NCBI RefSeq assembly: GCF_006345805.1
Contig: NC_043004.1
Location: 56,668,001-56,732,000 of the forward strand
Length of the DNA stretch: 64,000 nucleotides
Reading direction: 5' to 3'
Origin: Octopus sinensis
Taxonomy: Eukaryota
This document shows, in pieces, positions 53,920 through 64,000 of this stretch (position 1 is its first letter; every line of letters begins with the position of its first letter). Below the pieces are notes generated by a model. It was not told where the DNA came from. It worked only from the letters and a program-made list of their open reading frames with translations, and made no database searches. The position numbers and the translations under genes were made by a program.

Positions 53920-54112
53920 AGAGAAATTTTCTTTTAAAAGTGATCAAACTAAATGTTCATCATTTCGTGTTACTCACTCAATGAACATTTCTGCCAAATG
54001 TGGTGAAAATTCATTTAGGTGTTTTCCAGTAATTTTCCAAACGCGCAGACAAACACACTAAGACAAATGTGTACAACTCCCTGTTTTAGCTTACGCTCAC
54101 AGGATAATAATT
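53920..54112 (-). mobile_element. Possible Helentron-associated (HINE/DINE-like) fragment
   Basis: Minus strand ttatcc..gtgtgtttgtctg..aaaattactggaaaac..gaattttcaccacatttgg resembles the HINE/DINE motif order; recognised from memory only. Confidence 0.35.
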
Positions 54113-54656
54113 CGTCTTCTATAGTCACGAAGCCTGCAATTTATAGAAGGAGTGATTACTGGACTTGATTAGATCGACGCCAGTAATCAACTGGTACTTA
54201 TTTCCCCGGCCCCAAAATGATGATGCTGCAAGACTAGGGACTATCTGAAAACATAAGAGCAGAACATCGTCTCGTTCATGCGTAACGTCTAGACACGATC
54301 GACCACAGAAACTCTCTATTCGGTCAACTGGCACTCTCGGAACACTTGCTGTCATAGGACAGGGCAGATAAGTACACACACTGGTCATTATCCCTCACAT
54401 TAAATCTCCCTTAGAAAGATAACCGAAAGACACCTCAAGATGTCTAGAATGCTGACGTTATCAGCCTTTGGAATATAAGCGTACTGACCAGTCTGGAATT
54501 TTGAGCTAAATGACCAGATATCAGTGAGAAAAATCAAATTGAAAAGTTACCGTTTGATGTATGTTGCAGACTCAGCTCACAAACCTCCCACAAAATAAGT
54601 GAGTGGCAAAAAATCATACTTTTGAGTACCACACATAGTTTACCTAAATTTCTCTA

Positions 54657-55068
54657 TACTCTTACTCTTTTTTCTTTTACTTGTTTCAGTCATTTCAGTG
54701 CGGTCATGCTAGAGCACTGCCTCTAGTCGAAGAAATCGACCCCAGGACTTATTCTTTGTAAGCCTAGTACTTATTCCATCAGTGTATTTTGCCGAACCGC
54801 TAAGTTACGTGGATGCAAACACACCACCATCGGATGTCAAGCGAAGTTGGGGGACAACCACAGACACACAAACATATACACACATATATATACATATATA
54901 CGACGGGCTTCTTTCAGTTTCCGTCTACCAAATCCACTTACAAGGCTTTGGTCGGCCCGAGGCAATAATAGGAGACACTTGCCCAAGGTGCCACGCAGTG
55001 AGTGGAACTGAATCCGGAACCATGTGGTTGGTAAGCAAGCTACTTACCATATAGCCACTCCTACGCCT
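54657..55068 (-). mobile_element. SINE family A, full length, diverged
   Basis: Reverse match to family A. Confidence 0.92.
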
Positions 55069-55457
55069 ATATCTAAACACTACCATAGTTAGGCTTATTG
55101 CAAAATTTCTAAAGATAATTTTTGATAGCATACTGGGATAAGTGTTTTAAGTTGCATTTTACTTCACCTTTTCCTTGACGTTTGTGTTTGAGACATGCCT
55201 GCAGCTTGTATAATTAAAACAAAAGCAAATAATAAAAAATAATAATAATCTTCCTAAATTTTGTACTTAGTCCACAATTTCGAGGAGATGGGAAAATCGA
55301 TTATATCATCATTAGTGCTTAATTGGTACTAACTTTATCCCCCACCAAATGAATGATAAAAATAAGTTGGACCTAATTGAAATTTGAACTCGGAAATTTG
55401 AACAAAGAGACAGAAGCAATACTATTAAAACTGTTTTGCAACATGTAACGGTCCAAC

Positions 55458-55580
55458 CAATAATAATAATAATAATGATAATGATAATCATGATGATGAT
55501 GATGAGGATGATGATGATGATGATGATAATGATGATGATGACGATGACGATGAAGACGACGACGATGACAACGACGACGA
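55458..55580. repeat. (AAT)n-(GAT)n-(GAC)n compound microsatellite
   Basis: Direct sequence. Confidence 0.95.
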
Positions 55581-55583
55581 TCC

Positions 55584-55774
55584 TGTTTACTCTAAGCACA
55601 AGGCTTGAAATTTTGGAGGAAGGAGGGTAATCGATTGGATCGACCCAGTACGCAACTGGTACTTAATTCATCGATCCCGAAAGGAAGAAAGGCACAGTCG
55701 ACGTCGGCGGAATTTGAACTCAGACCGTGAGGAGGAACGAAATTCCGCTAAGTACTTTGCCCGGCTCGCCGCCT

Positions 55775-55775
<1 letters not shown>
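55584..55775 (-). mobile_element. SINE family B copy (internal deletion), followed by (CTA)n at 55778-55843
   Basis: gatcgacccagtacgcaactggtac..gaaaggaagaaaggcacagtcgac..gaatttgaactcag..ctcgccgcctt. Confidence 0.8.
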
Positions 55776-55813
<38 letters not shown>

Positions 55814-56457
55814 CACTGTCACTACTACTACTACTACTACTACTTTCAAATGTTAGCAGTAGGCCAGTATTTTCGGGTGGGGTGGAGAAAATATGATGAT
55901 ATAGTGCTCAAAACGATACTAATTTTATCGACACCGAAATGATGACAAGCAAAATGGACCACAGCAGAATTTGAGATGATCAGTAGATAACGAGCCAGAA
56001 GAAACACCGCTAAGCTTTTTACCCGGGTTCCTAACAATTCTGACGGTTCGCCGCATTGTCATTATAATAATAATGATAACAACAACAAGCATAATTGTTT
56101 CTACTATAGGCACAACACTCTACAGACCTCGCTACTCCATCGATATACTATTTATGAATTTGGCACTTGGCCACGTAATTTCGGGAATTTTACATTCGAT
56201 TAAATTATTTCCCAAAACTTGACTTTTATTTATTTTACCAAGCCAGAAATGTCTGCTAGTATAAATCCGGTCACTTCTCCGATATATTATATTGATATAA
56301 ATCTTTCGTGGTTCTCAACTGGTATTTATCCATAATTGAGCCAAGAACTATGAGAAGAGTTTGGTAGGATATGAACTCAGACCACAAAATATTCTGTTAT
56401 CATCCGATTCGCTATCGTTTCAGGCAGTACCCATTGGTATATATATATTTATACTGT

Positions 56458-56826
56458 TTTACTCTTTTATTTGCTTCAGTCATTTGACTGTGGCCATGCT
56501 GTAGCACCGCCATTTAGTCGAGCAAATCAATCTGGGACTTATTCTTTGTAAGCCTAGTACTTAAACACACCACCATAGGTTGTCAAGCGATGTTGGGGGG
56601 ACAAACACAGACACACAAACATATACATACACACATATATATATATATACACATATATACGACGGGCTCCTTTCAGTTTCAGTCTCCCAAATCCACTCAC
56701 AAGGCTTTGGTCCGCTCGAGGTAGTAGTAGCAGAAGACACTTTATCAAGGTGCCATGCAGTGAGGCTGAACCCGGAACCATGTGGTTGGTAAGCAAGCTA
56801 CTTGCCTCACAGCCACTCCTGCGCCT
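56458..56826 (-). mobile_element. SINE family A with internal deletion
   Basis: Reverse match to family A. Confidence 0.9.
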
Positions 56827-56849
56827 ATATATATATATATATATATATA

Positions 56850-57105
56850 TCACCGTGACCGACCAGGCTATCAGATATTGCTACACATCGCTGGTCACAA
56901 TGCATTTCGCATTGTTTTAGCCTTCAAATGACGCCACCCCGCTGGCTAAGCGAGCAGGCCAACAGAAGAAAGAGTGAGAGAAAGTTGTGGCGAAACTGTA
57001 CAGCAGGGATCGCCACCGCCCGCTGCCGGAGCTTCGTGGAGCTTTAAGTGTTTTCGCTCAATAAACACTCACAACGCCCGGTCTGGGAATCGAAACCGCG
57101 ATCCT
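56850..57105 (-). mobile_element. SINE family C, 5'-truncated
   Basis: Reverse complement of 13990-14246. Confidence 0.92.
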
Positions 57106-57113
57106 ACATATAC

Positions 57114-57148
<35 letters not shown>

Positions 57149-57876
57149 ATACAGATACGTGTGTGTCTGTGTGCGCGTGTTTGTATGCATGTATTCATAC
57201 ATGTATATTTGTATATATTGTGCGTATGTGTGAAAAATACTCCCCCTTGACTCCCCTTTTTAAATCTGATAAGTCAAAACTCGCATTGCCTCCAATAACA
57301 ATCCATTTGGGGAATGATAGACTGACTATTCTGTTAGCTCAATCGTGAATGTATGAAATTGAACTTGTAAAAAGAAAAAAAATATAAGAGTGATGCAATA
57401 TTTTGCTAAAAATGCTTCTGACACAGAAACAGTGTGCCAACCGAAAACGTCACTTAAAACTTGAATAATTCACATGCTTACTTCTTAAATGATTATTTTA
57501 ATGCATAATGTAGTTCCTAATATGGAATAAAACGAGTGTTCATCATAATGAAGGATTGGGATTTTGAAAGTAATTATTATGATGACCTTTAATCCTAAAT
57601 TGATACGTTAAAATTTTCGGAAAGTAGCATAGTTCCTTCAACTGTTTAATTATACTTCTTGAGTTATGCGTTATTTACTCTAGGAAGGCCTGATGGGAAA
57701 ATTTCATTGCATAAATTTGAACTCAACATGTATACGACTTCATTTTGTGCTCCAAATTTGCAACCTGTTCGTGGCCATCCCCGATGATATCACTATTGCC
57801 ATCTTGTCTCAAAATTTAATGATTACCTCTTGAAACGGGAGAAACACTTTTGTTAAGATAATTCTAAATATACAAC

Positions 57877-58305
57877 AGGCGCAGGCGTGGCTGTGTGGTA
57901 AGTAGCTTGCTAACCAACCACATCGTTCCGGGTTCAGTCCCACTGCGTGGCATCTTGGGCAAGTGTCTTCTGCTATAGCCCCGGGCCGACCAATGCCTTG
58001 TGAGTGGATTTGGTAGACGGAAACTGAAAGAAGCCTGTCGTATGTATGTATGTATGTATATATTATATATATATATATATATGTATGTATGTGTGTGTGT
58101 GTCTGTGTTTGTTCCCCTAGCATTGCTTGACAACCGCTGCTGGTGTGTTTACGTCCCCGTCACTTAGCGGTTCGGCAAAAAAGACCGATAGAATAAGTAC
58201 TGGGCTTACACAAAGAATAAGTCCCGGGGTCGATTTGCGCGACTTAAGGCGGTGCTCCAGCATGGCCGTAGTCAAATGACTGAAACAAGTAAAAGAGTAA
58301 AGAGT
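57877..58305 (+). mobile_element. SINE family A, full length
   Basis: Near-identical to 33973-34390. Confidence 0.95.
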
Positions 58306-59788
58306 AACACTGGATATATTTTCGGTAAGTTCATATTTTATCATCTGAAGGCCGAGTCAGTATCGAATCTGGACCGGGGCTAAAACAACAATAATAAAAA
58401 GCGGCTACAACAAGAACAAAATCCAAACTTTGATTCCGCTTTCGCTACTACTCTCTCGTGCAACTGTGTTGCTGAGTTTCTTATAACGATGACAACGATT
58501 TAATTAAAACAGTAAAACATCAGACAAAATAACTTGCGACATTTGTTTCGGTACCATCGAATTTGAAATCAAATAACGAGGAGTTCAACATATACACGCT
58601 TTCGGGATACTAACATACCGTTTAAAAGAGGGAATGATATTAACGATTAAACCCTGACCGTATATCAAATCCATGCGTCTGTATTAGACACAAATACTAA
58701 ATGAGGCATGTATTACTAACCTTGCATTTATCCATCTTATCATAATTGCCCCTTCCTGTACAACTGAAATAAATTCTAGTCTTCAGTTTTATGTTTTCTC
58801 TTATCACTCTGAAATATGGTACTAAACGTCAGAGTTAAGAGAATGTTTCGTAAGATACATTTTAACGTTCAGTGTATCGTGCTTAGGTTCCAAGTTAAAT
58901 TTCCCCAGCGGCCACTTTACCTTTATTGTTCGAATAGCGATAAAATAAGGACATTGATATATCTTGGAAAGAATAGATAGAACTATACCTTACTCCCTAT
59001 TAAAATATATGGCCTTGTGCCAATATTGGAATTTCTTATTACTATTGCCCATAACATAAATCAATATTAAAATCTATTATTTTCAGACTGTGTGTTTTCC
59101 CTATACAAACGGCTTGTTGTAAATATATATGTATTCGTTATTGTGTATATATTCCGTTACCAAGTGTATATACGTTGCGTTTGTTTATTCTACTATGTTA
59201 AAGTGTTTAGATTTCAAATATTCATTTAATATGTTTAATAATTCATTTAATACTTTTAAAGATTCACTTCATACTTTCTATATAATCACATTAAATCCAT
59301 TTCTATTTGATTATGCGTTTATTTTGTTCGTCAGAATGTATACGAAAATGTAATTCTATATTCTTCCACTTTCTCATATTTTTCTCTCAGCTATTGCGGC
59401 AGTGATTTAAACCTGGATGTCCTACTCTTATTTTTTAAACTTTTACGCCAGAAAGACATAAACAAACAGTTGTTTATACATATAGACAATCTCCTTCAAA
59501 TTCTCTAATATTTCCTTAGACTATTTGAACTTATAAAAAGTGAATATTTGTATATGGATACTTTACACATGCAGTGTGAAACATGAATATGACGAATATT
59601 AAAGTACTCTATGCTTTGCGGTACGTGTATCACACGTTTATTTTTCCGAGTTCGAATCTCACCGAGATCAAGTTTGCGTTTCCGTAATCAATAAAATTGT
59701 GTTGCAGAAGATTAAGTTGGTGAAACTCACGCGCCAAAATTACTGTGTCTGCTAGAAAATCTTATTGCTGAATAGTAAGAATAGTAAA

Positions 59789-59930
59789 AAGCTTGCTTCT
59801 CAACCACATGTTTCCGGGTTCGGTCCTACTGCGTGTACCTTGGGCAAGTATTTTTTTACTCTAGCCTTAAACCGATTAATACCTTGTAAATGGATTTAGT
59901 AGACGGAATCGGAAAGAAGCCTGTCGTATA
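59789..59930 (+). mobile_element. SINE family A, diverged 5' fragment
   Basis: gcttgcttctcaaccacatgtttccgggttcggtcc..cttgggcaag..gtagacggaa..gaagcctgtcg. Confidence 0.75.
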
Positions 59931-59963
59931 CATACCACATACACACACACACACACATCTCTC

Positions 59964-60170
59964 TCTATATAAAACTGCGAATGTGTGTCTGTGTGTTTCC
60001 CTAAAACTTGAGAACTACACAACCAATTTCATTCAGATTTTACACATGCCTTACTTAGAGTCCATGTAGTTTCATGGGCAAAAAACAATGTTCAACTTCT
60101 TGCCTAGAGCGAGCCCACAGCAATATCATATTTTCTCCACTATTTCAGTATTACGTGTTAAAAGTGAAAC
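59964..60170 (+). mobile_element. Possible non-autonomous Helitron 5' end
   Basis: TCTATATAAAACTGCGAATGTGTGTCTGTGTG..AACTACACAACCAATTTCATTCAGATTTT resembles the Lep1-type Helitron 5' motif order; no 3' CTAG hairpin identified. Confidence 0.4.
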
Positions 60171-62215
60171 AAAAACACCCCTCTATTGTATATATATGCA
60201 TGTATATATATATATTACAAAATATAAAGTTATATCTTGAGATCGTTAGTGACAACAACGCTCAAAATATATAACAGACTGGAATAGTAGTGCTCCAATG
60301 AGCTGTATACACTTTTTAATTCGAGGGGGGGGGAATGCGAGCAGCAACTACAAGAGCACTACAAAATCCACAGAAAGATCAAACACATTCATATATTCAT
60401 TTACATCTACAGAACAGACACAAAGCCCGACGTTTAGAAATATATAGTAATATATAAATATATAAACAACTTATAAAAATATATTGTACGCATAAGATCC
60501 GCTCGACGTTCCATAAGAAATTTAGAAATAAAAATTGCAATAAAAGTTAGAGGTAACAATAACAATTGAATTAAATATAGTAAATATAGTAAGTAGTAAT
60601 TAAATATATTTTATTAAAATGGTAATTAAATCGTAATATAACAATTAAAAGAGAAAATAGCAATTAGTATAAAATGTATCAAGGACTTGAACTCGAATAT
60701 GTAGCTTTGCATGAATGAGAGAAATTAAAAAATGAAAAATTTAATTGAGTGCAGAAAGGAATTAGTCTAGATAGAGCTGTGCGCATAGCTGCTAGATTGA
60801 ATTATATGCTTATAAAGTAGCATTCAGTATCTATGAGAATTGTTGGGAGTACGTAATGTCTGGTCTTTCACATGTAGCGGGTATGTAATTGTGCATTTGT
60901 TTCCGTGTACTATGTGTTGTGTGTAACATCATCTTGACGAGGAGAGTGTCAATTTTAAATATATGATATGCTTCATATTAATTGGTTGAACTACATGTGC
61001 ATACATGTATATTTGCATGCGCGCAGATTTAAATATTTACATATAATATAGCCTACACTTATGATAATACAAAAATATGGGTTTGTATATACGTTTTGTT
61101 TATTGTAAGTATGGTCAATGTATGTATATATATATATGTGTGTGTGTGTATATATGAGGAGGGAGAGAGAAAGGGAAATTATGCGGATAAGCAAATTAAA
61201 TATAGGAGCTTGAGTTTCATATATATATGTAATACATGCAAACTGTTGGAACCCAAAAACTGAAGATTTAGAGACCATGAATATTTAAGTATAAACATAT
61301 AGATACTTATATATTAATAGATGCAGGGATACCTCTCGTAGACACCCCTGGTACCATGTAAAGACATTGTAATCTAAATTCTAGTCATTTGAACGCTACA
61401 AAGCGTTATTTATACAGAGAATCTATGGATCTCATCTGTTGACGATATGTATATATATATTGTGAATATTCGTTAGCACCATAATCAGAAAATGTATTGT
61501 ATTTTCGATACATATTAAGATTGAATACAAAAAGTGATTTGCAAAAATAACATTCGTTATTCCTTGATTTTTATTTACTTTTTATTTCACAACGTTTCTC
61601 ACTTACTTTTTCGTTGATCAATTCTTGAATGTAGTGTGATGAATGGACACATGAATATTTAAAAGCAAAAGAAACGTTTACCAATCAGTTGATAATTAAC
61701 TAAAGAACATCTAATCAGAAAATAAACCATAAAAGTAAATAATTCAGGAACTAAAAACTGAATTGAAAAGACCATGGTTAGAACAACAGAAGACAATATA
61801 GTAAGAAATAAAGCTGAACGTATAGCTGAGAAATTGGAGGATGTAAAAGAGAAAATGGGTTGAAACTCAAGCTTTGATTTACATTTGTTATTTGATAAAA
61901 GAAATCGTTTCTCTCATCCACTTTCATTGTTGATTTTGCGAATATAAAATTACCAAAACAATAGTTCCTGTTATTTGTTCCACGAAGGATTATGACTTCG
62001 CTTCTCTCAATAATGTTATATGTGGATAGATCTTTAGGAATATATCACTGCAATTCTGAAATTTCTTTTGAGGCTTTTCATAACACTGAATATTTTTATC
62101 GCATTTTTATGGAGAGTATAAAATCATTAAGGTTATATTTTATAAGGATTATGATTGCATTGAGTTAAATGCAAACTCTAAGATCGGAAAATTCAAAGTT
62201 TTATATGTATATATT

Positions 62216-62723
62216 TACACAGGAAGTAAATAGACACTTTAATTTTCAAAATCTTTTATTTGATATTAATTGCTTCAAGGAGAGGTTTTCTTCTAGCTGC
62301 TCATCCATAATACCCAAGCACATAGGTAACACACGTTCTTGGACTAACTTCTAGCTGTTTTGCAATGTTAGAAACCTTCGAACGGGTATCGTTTTCCAAA
62401 ATTCTCTTCAAACAGTGAAGCTTCTTTTCCTTCGCTTTTGAATTGCACTATAATTCTATTAACAGTAGCAGGACGAATTTGAAGATTTTTCGCTCGCTAA
62501 GATCAGCCTCAGCTTGTCTAACAATACGACCTCTTTGAAAATCTAACAGTTCTGCTGAACTTTTTGTGCGTGTCATGGTTACTCTTCGCAGATGTTTAAC
62601 ACAATGGCATCTGGAATGAAAAATAATAATTATCGTGTAAATTCTACAACGCTGAAAACATAAGATGCTTAGATCAGAAATTTTGAAAATCAAATGTCTA
62701 TTTACTTCCTGCATGTCTGTGTA
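62216..62723 (-). mobile_element. Internally deleted Tc1-type element with terminal inverted repeats
   Basis: Inverted caggaagtaaatagaca..ttttcaaaa at both ends with flanking TA. Minus-strand MTRTKSSAELLDFQRGRIVRQAEADLSERKI..VSNIAKQLEVSPRT..LGYYG*AARRKPLL matches a Tc1 paired HTH region. Confidence 0.7.
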
Positions 62724-63362
62724 TATATAATTTTAGCGTAATAAATAGGTTCATAAAATCGTGTGGGTATCATAGAAAGCTCCTCTAGCGCACTCATCTA
62801 ATAGGCCACGTAATACTCTCCGATAGAGGAATATAACGGAGTCTTTGCAAGTGAAATCCAAGAGATCTGATCAATAAAATTTTCATGAGGTGTATGTAAA
62901 CCATAAAAAGTTAGGTGACATGAAAGATGAATGTATATATTTAACCATTTGTCATTCTGTTTCGCGGCTTTCTTCATGCAATTATGTTTTCAGTGTATAA
63001 TAAATTATGTTTACATGTCTGCACTTATATGCACTCTACACTCTGTACAATACAATTGTATATTCACAAATCAATGATATTGATTTGTCATTGATTTGTA
63101 TATGTAGGTGCAGGTGTGGCTGAGTGTTAGAAGCTTGCTTCCCAACCACATGTTTTTGGATACAGTGCCACTACCTGGCATCTTGGGAAGATGTCACACA
63201 CATACACACAAACACACACACACGCGCACATACGCGCACACACACAGATATATGTGCATATGCATACATATCTATTTGTGGTTGTCTGTTTATCTATCCA
63301 TCTACCTATATATATATATCTATGTATCTATCTATATATCTATCTATCCATGTATCTATTAG

Positions 63363-63710
63363 GATTGGCTGTGTGGTAAGTAGCTTGCTTACCAACAATA
63401 TGATTCCGCGTACAGTCCCACTGCGTGGCAACTTCGGTAAGTGTCTTCTACAATAGACTCAGGCCGACCAAAGCCTTGTGAGTAGATTTGGCAGACGGAA
63501 ACTGAAACAAGCCCCACGTATATGTGTGCGTGTGTGTGTATCTTTTTGTGTCTGTGTTTGTACCACAATATCGTTTGACAGCCGATGCTGGTGTGTTTAC
63601 ATACCGTAACTTAGCTGTTCGGGAAAAGAAACCAATAGAATAAATATTAGGATCGATTTATTCGACTGAAAGTTGGCACCCCGACATGGCCGCTCTCAAA
63701 CAAGTATAAA
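63363..63710 (+). mobile_element. SINE family A, old diverged copy (additional head fragment at 63104-63190)
   Basis: ggctgtgtggtaagtagcttgcttaccaac..gccttgtgagtagatttggcagacggaaactgaa..gctggtgtgtttac. Confidence 0.85.
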
Positions 63711-64000
63711 GCTAAAAGAATGTCAGCACAAATTATTCTCATTTGTAATTTGAACTCTTTTCTATTTGCTTTACTTCTCTTACAAAGTTATTTCAATTGT
63801 GTTTTTACTTCTTTTTTTCCGGTATTTTGACGTTGCAATTCCCTACAGAGCAAACAATTACTTTGTCATTACGCAAGACTAATATTTTGCTTAAGTCATG
63901 AAAATAGATTATATTGTTTAGGAATCGATATTTTCTTAAAAGCATCTCAAGAAATTTGTTTTCATTCTGCTAATTCAATGAGATAATAATGATGTAATTT

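Overview
AT-rich, repeat-saturated animal genomic DNA, most likely Octopus/cephalopod intronic or intergenic sequence (inferred from the dense TA/TATG/GATA/AAT microsatellites and the style of the tRNA-derived SINEs). There is a 100-N assembly gap at 6646-6745. No intact host gene is supportable; almost all listed ORFs are microsatellite artefacts. The window contains four tRNA-headed SINE types (many copies), decayed fragments of CR1-, RTE- and R4/Dong-type LINEs, a DD37D (maT) and a Tc1 transposase remnant, and Helitron/HINE-like pieces. The main finding is a set of hammerhead ribozymes (HHR). A non-coding ~601-bp unit is repeated 4.75 times in tandem (21426-24280) and then folds back into an inverted copy (24279-24803), all inside a (TA)n tract. 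Each unit carries a type I HHR (CUGAAGA / GAAA / GUC) with an unusually long stem II and a palindromic stem III; five of six copies have an intact fold and copy 2 has a 2-nt stem II deletion. This looks like a retrozyme or Penelope-dependent circRNA element. At least four other, unrelated minimal HHR motifs are present, including a G3:C8 compensatory core variant and a fold-back pair with a 10-bp flanking duplication. All folds were worked out by eye and no database searches were run. SINE/LINE boundaries are approximate.
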